A stretch of 53,309 nt of DNA from a virus (Duplodnaviria; Caudoviricetes). A model generated the notes under the pieces. The model did no database searches. It was not told where the DNA came from and saw only the letters and a list, made by a program, of their open reading frames with translations. The position numbers and the translations under genes are program-made. Below, in pieces: positions 1-9,736 of this stretch. The stretch lies in IMG/VR virus record IMGVR_UViG_3300032331_003728, positions 1-53,309 of that record, one strand, 5' to 3'. Each line of letters opens with the position of its first letter. The first letter of the stretch is position 1.

Positions 1-852
1 AACAGCTCGCGCAATACCCTCTTCAAGGCTGATCTTTGGCGTGTAAAAACTCAGCATCTTAGATGGGTTGCAAGCTCTGTACTGCACTCCTTCGGGGGCA
101 CCAATTATGCGTTCATACTCGGGCAAGTAACCGCATTCTTTTGCGACTAGGTCGGCTAGTTCGTTGAATGATGTTGCTCTGCCAAGACCGAGGTTAACCG
201 GCCCTTGTATATCCTGCTTTACTGCTTCCAATGTTGCCGCCACAACATCTTCCATGTGTATAAAGTCTCTGACCTGATTTCCGGTTCCCCATATTTTAAA
301 TGGGTTGTCTTTTTCGACGCCACGTTTTATAAACGAAGGGAATGGATAGTCGAGCGACTGGTCTTCTCCGTATCCAGAAAATGGTCTAAACACGTGAACT
401 CTAAGACCTTCTTTTTCAGCATAACCAGCCAGCATTTCGCCAGTAAGTTTTGCCCATCCGTAGGTGTAGTCGGGAGATTTTATATCGTCAAGATCAATGT
501 CTGATTCAACTAGATGATGTTGCGAACCATAACCCTGAAGACTTATTGGATATGCAGCAGACGATGAATAGTAAACAATTCTTCCAGGTCTAGTCCTCAA
601 TGCCCATTGAAACAGTTCTGAGTCAATCGCTAAATCAACAGCCACAGAAAGCGGCTCGCCCTCGATGGTCGCTCTGCCTCCAACTATTGCCGCTAGGTGA
701 ATAACCAAGTCGAAATAAGTATCGTCTTTTGCAAAGAAAACACGAGCGTCAAGGTTGTTTTTTATGTCAACACCGACTATTTCGTTGCCATCTAGTGCCT
801 TGTGAAAATATCCACCGACAAATCCCGCATCACCAGTTATCAAGATTCTCAT
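1..852 (-). CDS. NAD-dependent epimerase/dehydratase (extended SDR), 3'-truncated by the window edge
   Basis: Not in the ORF track. Own translation from the ATG at 852: MRILITGDAGFVG (Rossmann GxxGxxG), HLAA, YSSSAAY, YGWAK (YxxxK), RPFSGYG, RDFIHMEDV. ATGA overlap with the upstream gene. Confidence 0.92.
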   Translation of the reverse strand, partial: MRILITGDAGFVGGYFHKALDGNEIVGVDIKNNLDARVFFAKDDTYFDLVIHLAAIVGGRATIEGEPLSVAVDLAIDSELFQWALRTRPGRIVYYSSSAAYPISLQGYGSQHHLVESDIDLDDIKSPDYTYGWAKLTGEMLAGYAEKEGLRVHVFRPFSGYGEDQSLDYPFPSFIKRGVEKDNPFKIWGTGNQVRDFIHMEDVVAATLEAVKQDIQGPVNLGLGRATSFNELADLVAKECGYLPEYERIIGAPEGVQYRACNPSKMLSFYTPKISLEEGIARAV

Positions 853-1409
853 TTACATCCCCACATTCCGTATATGTATGGTTCTCCAAAAACCGTTGTG
901 TCCAACATGATGAATACGTCCGGAGTCCATCCGGCGTTTTTTAAAAGGTTTTCTACGCCTTGCTTATCCCATGCCCAGTAGTGCTCTTCGTTTGTGTCAT
1001 ACCAGGAATCTATAGGGGTTGACAAAACTAGAGTATTTGATTTCTCCCTAATTAACGACAACACCACACCTGGGTCTTCTACGTGCTCGATGCTTTCGGA
1101 ACATATGTAAATATCAACTTTGGGAATCTTTAAGAGGTTTTTTTCTAGTGGCCCAGAGTATTCATATGTTTTAGCAAAATCGCCAAGAATTGTATTTTCG
1201 AGATTAAGTGATTTGGCTATCAATCCATTTCCACAACTCAAGTCTGCTACAGACTTTGCTTGAGCCTGATAAGCCATATCCTTGGTTAAAGATATTGTTG
1301 TGTCAACCCTTATCCCGTGACCGCGCCCATACATTTGATGGTCGTGCGGTGTCGAGTAAATTTCCCTCAATTTTTTAGCAGAGTGAAATTCTCTTAGTTG
1401 TTTGATCAT
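849..1409 (-). CDS. Class I SAM-dependent methyltransferase-like protein
   Basis: VADLSCGNG motif I and DIYICSESIEHVEDP..LVLSTP; coupled to its neighbours by ATGA overlaps. Confidence 0.75.
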   Translation of the reverse strand: MIKQLREFHSAKKLREIYSTPHDHQMYGRGHGIRVDTTISLTKDMAYQAQAKSVADLSCGNGLIAKSLNLENTILGDFAKTYEYSGPLEKNLLKIPKVDIYICSESIEHVEDPGVVLSLIREKSNTLVLSTPIDSWYDTNEEHYWAWDKQGVENLLKNAGWTPDVFIMLDTTVFGEPYIYGMWGCK

Positions 1410-2116
1410 CTATAAACCGTCATATCGTGTCCTCTTGTTTCTATCGCGCCGACTGCTTCCGGGAAGTGTTTTGCTATGCAATCTTCCCTCACGTATGTTG
1501 CCGTATTCATGTAGTGAAGGGCGTCATGGTGGAAGGATGGATCGTCTGACATGTTTTTATCCATATCCCATCTCCATCGTATTCCGGAAAAAATACTTCT
1601 GTCCATGAATATTGCGGCCGCAGAAGCCATCGAATCCATCACTGGGTATGGATACTTTTCGACCATTGGACCGCGTAGTCCATATGTTGTTATGTATGGG
1701 GCACACAATGGATGATTCATTTCTAGCATTTTTGGCAAGACATCATCTGGGGGCATGCAATCTGCAGCCATGAAAAGCATATGCGTGCATGCAGGGTTTG
1801 ACATTGAGAAATCATTGCATAGATTTTGGCCAACAACAATATGTCGAACTCTATTCCTGGTGTTTACTTCAGTTCTCCCGTCATCAAGAGAGTAAGTCCA
1901 ATACGTTCCCCCAATTGATTCAAGGCGCTCAATAAATGGTTTGAGGGGTTCAACACCTCTTGAGTCAATTTGGATTGCTGCAAAATAATGAACATCTGTC
2001 CAGTCTCCAAAATGTTGATAATTCTCTTTTACTTGTTCTGCGTTCTTCATCCACGAACCCCAATGGTCTTCGTTGTCCATGACGAATGCTGCGACTGTTG
2101 TGCATATTGTTATCAT
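1406..2116 (-). CDS. Putative GT-A fold glycosyltransferase
   Basis: HMLFMAADCMPP (degenerate DxD region) and SDDPSF motif; lies within the sugar-modification operon. Confidence 0.5.
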   Translation of the reverse strand: MITICTTVAAFVMDNEDHWGSWMKNAEQVKENYQHFGDWTDVHYFAAIQIDSRGVEPLKPFIERLESIGGTYWTYSLDDGRTEVNTRNRVRHIVVGQNLCNDFSMSNPACTHMLFMAADCMPPDDVLPKMLEMNHPLCAPYITTYGLRGPMVEKYPYPVMDSMASAAAIFMDRSIFSGIRWRWDMDKNMSDDPSFHHDALHYMNTATYVREDCIAKHFPEAVGAIETRGHDMTVYR

Positions 2117-2125
2117 TGGTTTCTC

Positions 2126-3229
2126 CTATACGTTTTCCAGAATATAATTCATTGTGTTGTTCCAGTCCTTGCCTCTTTCCTCCATTGAGAAATTATGCAA
2201 CAGGCCAGAATTGTGAATAATTTCATCCTTCCTTATCCCGGGAAGACGAAGTTCATCTAGGTGGTATATCCAATCCTCTTGTGTCTTTGCAATCCTGCCA
2301 ATCCCAAGGTCTGCTAACTCTTGATACTCTGGCGAATAAGAGGCAATAAAAGGTATTCCGGATGCAGCATATTCAAGGCCTTTAATATAAGATTTGGCAT
2401 GGTTAAACGGAACGTTGTTCAAGGGGACAATACCTATGTCAATCTTGCTAAATAGATATGGATAGTCATATATTGGGACAAGTGGAAATGTCTTTACGGC
2501 GCGTTCATTTATTTTTAGCTGACTGGCGGCGGTAGGGGCTCCATTTTGAGTGTGTCCCGAGTGAATAAAGTTTGCTTTTCTCGAATTTAACCAACCCCCC
2601 ATAAAGGGGGCAAGGATCTCAAGGTCGCCAGATCTCCATGGTGTTGCGCCAACCCATCCAACGTTAGTTCTCTGGCTCAACTGCCTTGGTATGCGTTTTT
2701 TCCATCTAGTGTTTTTTGAATCAATATCAATTCCATTTTTTACTAGAAATACATTTTTTCTTTTTTGAGAATAAAAATCAAATAAAAAGTTTGTTGAAGT
2801 AATCACGGCATCAGCCTGCATGATTATCTGTGCGTAAATATCCCGATTGTTTTCAGGGTGTTTTTTGGGGTCTGTTGACTCATAAGCCTTATTGCTTGGA
2901 TGCAAACCTTCAAACCAATCATCTACATCGACAACAATTTTCTGACCCAGCGCCTGCGCTATTGGCATTGCTTCAAGCGCATCTTTGCTCATTATGAGTT
3001 TAAAAAATATAATGTCCCATCCGTGTATTGCCTGCTTGTCGCCGGTGAGCATGCCAAAACCTTTGTCATGGCTAAATCCAGGCAATCCCATAGAGGTTAC
3101 CCATCCGTGTTTTTGCAACTCCCGAGCTGGTAAGGCGCACCTATACCATGCGCACCCATTTGGCTGCAAAGGGTCGGTCCCCCACGCCCAGTCAGTTGTT
3201 AAGTATCCGATGGTCGATTTTTTTTTCAA
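2126..3229 (-). CDS. GT-B glycosyltransferase (group 1/GT4-like, phage type)
   Basis: KIVVDVDDW, ADAVITST, VGWVG and DIGIVPL..FN.AKSYIKGLEYAASGIPFIAS motifs; GGGGAG RBS before the TTG start. Confidence 0.85.
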   Translation of the reverse strand: MKKKSTIGYLTTDWAWGTDPLQPNGCAWYRCALPARELQKHGWVTSMGLPGFSHDKGFGMLTGDKQAIHGWDIIFFKLIMSKDALEAMPIAQALGQKIVVDVDDWFEGLHPSNKAYESTDPKKHPENNRDIYAQIIMQADAVITSTNFLFDFYSQKRKNVFLVKNGIDIDSKNTRWKKRIPRQLSQRTNVGWVGATPWRSGDLEILAPFMGGWLNSRKANFIHSGHTQNGAPTAASQLKINERAVKTFPLVPIYDYPYLFSKIDIGIVPLNNVPFNHAKSYIKGLEYAASGIPFIASYSPEYQELADLGIGRIAKTQEDWIYHLDELRLPGIRKDEIIHNSGLLHNFSMEERGKDWNNTMNYILENV

Positions 3230-3362
3230 GTTAATTCTCCCCGAAGGAATATAGCAGTTCCATAAATGTAAATAGATTCACCGATTTGTTGCAACCAATT
3301 ACTTCTCTCAATTGAGGCTTTTCTAATCTACAATCAATGCAGGGTTTATTTGGGAGATTTTA

Positions 3363-3755
3363 ATGATTGCTGGAGTTTACAACATTACTTGCCAACAAGG
3401 CTCAACTTTTGACACGCTTGCAACTTTGCGTTTTCCCGACCCAGACAGCATTCCTACTGACCCAACATACTTAAACTGGGACCTAACTGGCTACACGGCA
3501 AGAATGCAAGTTAGAAAGTACATTGAGTCGGCAACCCCAGTCATAACCCTGACAACAGAAAACGGGCGATTGATACTTGGTGGAGAATCTGGAACAATAC
3601 AATTCCTTATTAGAGCAGAAGACACACGTGATATGTCGACCACAAATAATCCGTTTACTTCCGGTTTCTATGACCTTGAAATAATCTCACAAACAAACGA
3701 AGTAGACAGAATACTTCAAGGAACCTTCACCCTTACCCCGGAAGTAACAAGATGA
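3363..3755 (+). CDS. Phage virion/tail-associated structural protein
   Basis: QGSTF...DLTGYTARMQVR...YDLEI...ILQG.F.L.PEVTR pattern typical of small phage tail/baseplate proteins; GGGAG RBS. Confidence 0.65.
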   Translation: MIAGVYNITCQQGSTFDTLATLRFPDPDSIPTDPTYLNWDLTGYTARMQVRKYIESATPVITLTTENGRLILGGESGTIQFLIRAEDTRDMSTTNNPFTSGFYDLEIISQTNEVDRILQGTFTLTPEVTR

Positions 3756-4189
3756 CTTCAAATATAGTTCAGGTAGTCACGTCGAATGACGTTCCAAACC
3801 AGATAGTTATTACCACCTCAAGGGCTCCAGGTGTTCAACAATTTATTTATCAGGTTCAAGTTTTTACCGTGCCTGGAGTTCTAAGCACTGGAACCGGCAG
3901 GGCTCGTTTCTACATACCTGGCCCCATAACGTTGAGCAACGTAAGAGCTTCTGTTTCTACAGCGCCATCTGGGGGAGACATTATTGTTGATGTCAATCTA
4001 AATGGCACAACCGTATTTACCAACCAAAGCAATCGACCAAAGATATTTGCAGGTCAAGTAACTTGTTCAACAGCAACTCCTGCGATTAAAGAGTTAACAA
4101 CTGGAAGTTACTTATCTGTTGACATTGATCAAATTGGTTCAATATTTGCCGGGTCAGATTTGACAGTACAGATAGAACTAACGCCGTAA
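3752..4189 (+). CDS. Hypothetical beta-rich virion protein
   Basis: ATGA-coupled; TAPSGGDIIVDVN.NGT...SVDIDQIGS..AGSDLTV resembles fibre C-terminal domains. Confidence 0.55.
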   Translation: MTSNIVQVVTSNDVPNQIVITTSRAPGVQQFIYQVQVFTVPGVLSTGTGRARFYIPGPITLSNVRASVSTAPSGGDIIVDVNLNGTTVFTNQSNRPKIFAGQVTCSTATPAIKELTTGSYLSVDIDQIGSIFAGSDLTVQIELTP

Positions 4190-4258
4190 AAACCCTACTT
4201 ATGTTATTCTTAAAGGCGAGCCGGTAAATGCCGGAGCCTCGTAGAAAGCGTCAATGAC

Positions 4259-4636
4259 ATGACAATATCAAACTCACTTGAAAACCTATGGCTTGACACT
4301 TTGGACGGTGCCGGCGATACTTATTCAGCTTCAGCAACATACCTTCAATTGCACACCGGCAACCCTGGTGAAGATTGCACAGCTAGCGTTGCTTCAGAAT
4401 CAACTCGCCAAGCTGTAACTTTTGATCCAGCTGCTGCTGGTTCGAAGGCTTCCAACGCTTCTGTCGTCTGGACAGACGTTGCAGCAACAGAGGTTTACAC
4501 ACATTGGTCAATGTGGGATAGCGAAACCGACATGGGTAGCAACGTTGCACTCTGGTACGGCCAACTTTCTTCAAACGCTTCGGTTACCGCAGGTGACACT
4601 TTCGAGATTACCTCGCTCACACTGACCCTCGACTGA
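4259..4636 (+). CDS. Small phage tail/structural protein
   Basis: YLQLHTGNPG...F..AA.GS...W...G.L...V.AGDTF.I..L.LTLD pattern seen in actinophage minor tail proteins. Confidence 0.6.
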   Translation: MTISNSLENLWLDTLDGAGDTYSASATYLQLHTGNPGEDCTASVASESTRQAVTFDPAAAGSKASNASVVWTDVAATEVYTHWSMWDSETDMGSNVALWYGQLSSNASVTAGDTFEITSLTLTLD

Positions 4637-4640
4637 TTTA

Positions 4641-4655
4641 AGGGGGGAAACCCCT
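4641..4655 (+). promoter_or_regulatory. GGGG-GAAA-CCCC hairpin overlapping the RBS of the 1685-aa gene
   Basis: aggggggaaacccct ends 2 nt before the ATG at 4657; GNRA tetraloop; no U-tract follows. Confidence 0.4.
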
Positions 4656-4656
4656 C

Positions 4657-7600
4657 ATGTCGAATCCTCATGTATTTGGGTTCTCTGAACCGTTCAGAGA
4701 CTCTAGTCCGTTCTACCTTGGGTACAGTGTTGTATCCAAGGTGGCGACTAGTGAAGCCACTGGTTCCTCTTCCGCTAACGCGCTTCATGTTTCGTTGCGC
4801 TCCGCTTCAGCAAGTGGAACATCATCTTCAAGTTCAGAAAGCACACGATTTATACTTCGTGCTGCATCAACTTCTGGTCAGGGCAACTCATTCAACTCTA
4901 CCCTGCACAACAATGTGCGTACGGGCCAAGGGAACGGATCTGCAACAGCTGGCGATTATGCTGGCGCTCTTCATACGGCTCCAAGATCTGCAACTGGAAA
5001 TGCAAGTGGATCGGAATCTTCATCACAATCAAGAACCTTGTACCACACCGCAACAGGAAGTGCTACTGGTAGCTCGTTTGTAACGGTTCTACGTACATCA
5101 CCAAGAACTGCCTCTGCAGATGGAACGTCTATCGAATCTGCGTACAGATTAATTATTTCTCCACGAAGTGTTACTGGATCAGGAAATGGTGAAGAGTCTG
5201 CGTTTGGGCTCCATACCTCAGTAAGAACCGCAACTGCTTCTGGTTCTGGCAATGATAACTCTTCTTACCTACATACAATTTTCAAAACTGCATCTGGTAG
5301 TGGACTTGGGTCTTCATCCAACTCAACCGTACATAACAATAAACGTTTTGCTCAAGGATCTGGATCCTCTACTACTGGCGATCAAGCTCTTGGACTACAC
5401 ACATCGCCAAGAACCACCACTGTTGAAAGTTCTTCAAGTCAAGCCGCAACCGGTTTGCATGTATCTCCAAGAAGTGCAAGTACAAGCGGATCTGGACAAG
5501 AAACGACATTTGTATTACATACTTCACCTCGAACCGCAAACGCTTTTGCAAGCGGATCTCAAACAGCAATTGGACTACATACTTCGCCTCGTGGCTCCAT
5601 TGGTTTTGGTAATGGATCCACCGGCGGAGATGCAACTGGACTGCATATTTCCCCTAGATCCGCATTTGTCTCTGCAAATGGAAACGAATCTTCCATCTCG
5701 CTTCATACCTCGCCAAGAACTGGATTGTCGAGCGGAAGTGGTTCTGAGTCATCAACGAAACTTCATACGTTGCCAAGGATTGCAGTTGGATCTGGTTCTG
5801 GGGAGCAAACAGCAATTGGACTACATACTTCGCCTCGTGGGTCTATTGGCTACGGCAATGGATCAACCGGTGGTGATGCTGTCGGATTGCATACCTCCCC
5901 AAGATCCGCATCTGCGTCTGGGGATAGTTCGGAATCATCGTTTGAATTGCACATTTCTCCGAGGACAGCAACTGCTTCTGGAACCGGAAATGAATCTTCT
6001 GCTTCAACACATATTTCGCCGAGAACCTCCAACGATACAGCAAATGGTGATGGATCAGCTACAGGACTTCATGTATCTCCAAGAACAATCAGTGAAAATG
6101 CAGCAGGTTCCGAAATATCATTTGGCTTGCATACGTCACCAAGAACGGCAAGTAGTACTGGAGCTGGAAACTCAAGCAACGTAACACTTCATAACAATGT
6201 TAGATCGGCAACCGGATCTGGCGGGGCGACAACTAGTGGTTCAGCTTTTGGTTTGCATATTTCCCCACGAAGCGCAAATGCACTAGGACAATCTTCTGAG
6301 TCTTCAACAGAACTTCACACTTCTCCAAGGACCGCAAGTGCTTCTGCGCAGTCGTCGGAGAGTTCTGTTCAACTTCACACTTCACCAAGAGGTGCGTCAG
6401 CAACAGGAAATGGATCAACTGGAGGAAATGCAACAGGGCTTCATACGTTACCAAGAAGCGCCAGCGCATCATCCAATGGCGGATCCTCTGCTACCGGTCT
6501 ACATCTATCACCACGAGGTGCAACAGCAAACGGAAACGGATCTACCGGTGGAGATGCAACTGGTCTGCATATTCTGCCAAGACAAGCAAACACGGCTGGA
6601 ACTGGATCATCAGATACCAATGAACTTAGAACGGTATTTGTTTCTGCTAACGCTTCAGCAAATGGATCTGGCTCTGCAAGCGGATTGCACACTGCACCAA
6701 GAAGCGCGTCATCTTATGGTTCATCTAGCGATTCGACATTTGGGCTTCACGTATCTCCAAGAACTTCAAGTGATTCCGCAAATGGATCGTCTAGTTCGTC
6801 AACGTTGCGAACTGTACCAAGAAATGGGACAGATCCTGCGGATGGAGATTCTTCATCTAATGGTTTGATAACTAGATTTAGAAACGCATCAGCTTCTGGA
6901 ACATCTTCACAAATAGCAACGTTCCATTATGGAAAACTACGAACAGGAATAGCTTCTGGCGGTGCAACCGTCGGAGATACAGCAATAGGCGTTCGCACCT
7001 CATACAGAACAGCAAGTGCCATCGGTGAATCATCTCAGTACCTATATGAAACCCTTACGGCAAAAAGAACTACAACTTCAACAGGGCAGGGTTCTCAAGA
7101 TTCAACAGAACTACATATTTCTCCAAGAAACGCAAATGTATTGGGGCAGTCTGGTCAAAGCTCAACACAGATCCATACTTCCCCAAGAAATGCTTTGGCC
7201 GCTGGTGATGGGTCTAGTAATTCACTTGAATTACACACAGCCCCACGACAGGCTTCTGCTTCCGGATCTGGTAGTGAATTGGCAACGGGTCTTCATACAT
7301 CACCAAGAGGCGCCATCGCTTACGGTAACGGTTCCACAGGAGGAAATGCAACAGGATTGCACACGGCTCCAAGAAGCGCGTCGGTGGTTGCAAACGGTAC
7401 AAACGTCAATAATGAATTGCACACAGCACCGCGATCTGCATCAGCAAATGGAAATGGAACAGATTCCGCGATTGGAAGACATACGTCCCCAAGAGGAGCA
7501 ATTGCAAACGGGAATGGTTCAACGTCAGCAAATGCAAATGGGCTGCATACCGCCCCTAGGGCTGCATCATCAATAGGAAATTCTACTCAATCTGCTCAGG

Positions 7601-9714
7601 TTGGTTTTGTAAAAACCGCATCATCATTTGGAATTTCCACATCATTTGCTCAGGTTGGATTCATACGAACAGCGATCGGAAATGGAACCTCAACTTCGTT
7701 TGCTCAGGTTGGCATTGCTGAAACCGCAAATGCAAGTGGTGGTGCCACAACTGGTGACTTTGCTCAAGTCGGATTTATTAAAATTGCTAGTTCCAGTGGC
7801 GCAGCAAGCGAGTTTGCGCAAGTTGGTTTTGTTAAGACTGCTTCAGCAAATGGTTCATCAAACGAATCTGATGTAAATCTACATACTGCTCCTCGTTCTG
7901 CTTCTGCTACTGGAGAAGGTACTCAGTCAGCAATAGGAAGACATACCTCTCCGAGAGGTGCAGTTGCTAATGGAAATGGATCAACAAGCGGTAATGCTAT
8001 CGGTTTACATATTTCCCCACGTACCGCAAACGCTTCTGGTTTAGGAAGTGAAACGTCTTCAGAACTAAGAACAATTGACAAGAACGCCTTGGCCTCGGGA
8101 ACTGCTAATTCAACCACAATTGGCTTACACACATCCCCTAGAACTGCATCAGCTTCTGGAACAAGCTCACAGTTGGCCCAAGTTGGTTTTGCTAAAACAG
8201 CTTCTGCCGTGGGTGGATCTACCGCAAGCGACTTTGCTCAAGTTGGCTTCCCAAGAACAGCAGCCGCATTCGGAACAAGTGCTGAGTACGCACAAGTTGG
8301 ATTTGCTAAGACAGCAACTGCCACTGGTGGAGCAACTGCTAGTGATTTTGCACAAGTTGGATTCAGAAAAACAGCTTCAGCAATAGGGACAAGCTCGGAC
8401 TATGCACAAGTTGGATTTGCTAAAACGGCATCCGCAACTGGTGGTGCCACTGCAAGCGATTTCGCACAAGTTGGCTTCGCAAGAACGGCATCAACAACCG
8501 GCACAAGCAGTCAGTATGCACAGGTTGGATTTGCTAAGACCGCGACAGCAGCAGGTGGGGCAAGCGCAGGAGATTTTGCGCAAGTTGGATTTAGAAAAAC
8601 TGCATCTTCTACAGCAACAAGCTCCGAATTTGCACAGGTTGGTTTTTCTGAAACTGCCACCGCAAGCGGCGGAGCCACAACCGGAGATTTTGCGCAAGTT
8701 GGTTTTGCAAGAACGGCAATATCAAACGGATTGGGCAGTGATTTTGCTCAGGTGGGTTTTGCCAGAACCTCCACATCCACTGGAGAGGGAAGTCAATCAG
8801 CCTTCAATCTTCATACCTCACCAAGAAGCGCATCAGCTTCTGGTACTGCAACACAGTCAGCGACTGGTAGACATACTTCACCTAGAGGGGCAATTGCTAA
8901 TGGCAACGGTTCTACTGGCGGTGACGCTATTGGTCTGCATACATCGCCAAGAGTTGCCTCCACAAGCGCCAATGGCGATAGTGACTCAACTTCACTACAT
9001 ACATCTCCAAGGACCGCAACGGCTTCTGGAACAAGTTTGGAAACCGCAATTGGATTGCATACATCGCCAAGAGGTGCAATTGCTTATGGAAATGGGTCAA
9101 CTAGCGGCAACGCCGTTGGACTGCACACCTCGCCAAGAACGGCAAGCGCTTCTGGTTTGGGTACGGAATCAATCATCGTGCTTCGAACAGTCAAGACAGA
9201 CGCAAGTGCATCTGGAACATCTGATTCAACAGCCACAAGAATCTACACGCCACTAAGAACGGCAGACGCTACAGGAATCAGCGGAGAATATGCGCAAGTT
9301 GGATTTGCGCGCACGGTCACCGCTGCAGGTGGCGCAACCGCTGGTGATTTTGCACAAGTTGGATTTGCCAGAACCTCTGAATCTGTCGCAACAAGCAGTG
9401 AATTTGCACAAGTTGGTTTTGCTCAAGTAATTACTGGATTCGGTGGAGCAACCACTAGCGATTCAGCAATAGGCCTTTACACATCTTCAAGAAGTGCAAC
9501 CGAAACTGCAACAACTACGGAATTTGCACAGGTTGGATTTAGGGACGATGCCGTTACAGCATCTGGTGGTGCAACGACAAACGATTTTGCTCAGGTTGGA
9601 TTCCCAAGAACAGCCGAAGCATTTGGAACTAGTAGTGGATCGGCAACTTGGTCCAATGAGTCAATAGTTGGACTAAACGCTGGTTATTGGGGAATTCAGG
9701 CAGTAATCGAATGA
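4657..9714 (+). CDS. 1685-aa Ser/Thr/Gly/Ala-rich tandem-repeat protein, probable virion fibre/decoration
   Basis: Dozens of 20/22-aa LH(T/I/V)SPRxAxxxG repeats and about 21 18/20-aa (F/Y)AQVGF repeats; located among structural genes. Confidence 0.75.
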   Translation: MSNPHVFGFSEPFRDSSPFYLGYSVVSKVATSEATGSSSANALHVSLRSASASGTSSSSSESTRFILRAASTSGQGNSFNSTLHNNVRTGQGNGSATAGDYAGALHTAPRSATGNASGSESSSQSRTLYHTATGSATGSSFVTVLRTSPRTASADGTSIESAYRLIISPRSVTGSGNGEESAFGLHTSVRTATASGSGNDNSSYLHTIFKTASGSGLGSSSNSTVHNNKRFAQGSGSSTTGDQALGLHTSPRTTTVESSSSQAATGLHVSPRSASTSGSGQETTFVLHTSPRTANAFASGSQTAIGLHTSPRGSIGFGNGSTGGDATGLHISPRSAFVSANGNESSISLHTSPRTGLSSGSGSESSTKLHTLPRIAVGSGSGEQTAIGLHTSPRGSIGYGNGSTGGDAVGLHTSPRSASASGDSSESSFELHISPRTATASGTGNESSASTHISPRTSNDTANGDGSATGLHVSPRTISENAAGSEISFGLHTSPRTASSTGAGNSSNVTLHNNVRSATGSGGATTSGSAFGLHISPRSANALGQSSESSTELHTSPRTASASAQSSESSVQLHTSPRGASATGNGSTGGNATGLHTLPRSASASSNGGSSATGLHLSPRGATANGNGSTGGDATGLHILPRQANTAGTGSSDTNELRTVFVSANASANGSGSASGLHTAPRSASSYGSSSDSTFGLHVSPRTSSDSANGSSSSSTLRTVPRNGTDPADGDSSSNGLITRFRNASASGTSSQIATFHYGKLRTGIASGGATVGDTAIGVRTSYRTASAIGESSQYLYETLTAKRTTTSTGQGSQDSTELHISPRNANVLGQSGQSSTQIHTSPRNALAAGDGSSNSLELHTAPRQASASGSGSELATGLHTSPRGAIAYGNGSTGGNATGLHTAPRSASVVANGTNVNNELHTAPRSASANGNGTDSAIGRHTSPRGAIANGNGSTSANANGLHTAPRAASSIGNSTQSAQVGFVKTASSFGISTSFAQVGFIRTAIGNGTSTSFAQVGIAETANASGGATTGDFAQVGFIKIASSSGAASEFAQVGFVKTASANGSSNESDVNLHTAPRSASATGEGTQSAIGRHTSPRGAVANGNGSTSGNAIGLHISPRTANASGLGSETSSELRTIDKNALASGTANSTTIGLHTSPRTASASGTSSQLAQVGFAKTASAVGGSTASDFAQVGFPRTAAAFGTSAEYAQVGFAKTATATGGATASDFAQVGFRKTASAIGTSSDYAQVGFAKTASATGGATASDFAQVGFARTASTTGTSSQYAQVGFAKTATAAGGASAGDFAQVGFRKTASSTATSSEFAQVGFSETATASGGATTGDFAQVGFARTAISNGLGSDFAQVGFARTSTSTGEGSQSAFNLHTSPRSASASGTATQSATGRHTSPRGAIANGNGSTGGDAIGLHTSPRVASTSANGDSDSTSLHTSPRTATASGTSLETAIGLHTSPRGAIAYGNGSTSGNAVGLHTSPRTASASGLGTESIIVLRTVKTDASASGTSDSTATRIYTPLRTADATGISGEYAQVGFARTVTAAGGATAGDFAQVGFARTSESVATSSEFAQVGFAQVITGFGGATTSDSAIGLYTSSRSATETATTTEFAQVGFRDDAVTASGGATTNDFAQVGFPRTAEAFGTSSGSATWSNESIVGLNAGYWGIQAVIE

Positions 9715-9736
9715 ATGAAGTAAACTAGGAGTAATC

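Noticed and set aside
4205-4250. Possible structured RNA (ggcgagccggtaaatgccggagcc) upstream of 4259
   Set aside because: Only a short stem is present, with no recognisable riboswitch or ncRNA consensus; it would need an Rfam or covariation search.
7590-9610. CRISPR-like array from recurring 'gcacaagttggatttgc' units
   Set aside because: The units are in-frame coding repeats (AQVGF) with third-position variation and related spacers; no cas genes are present.
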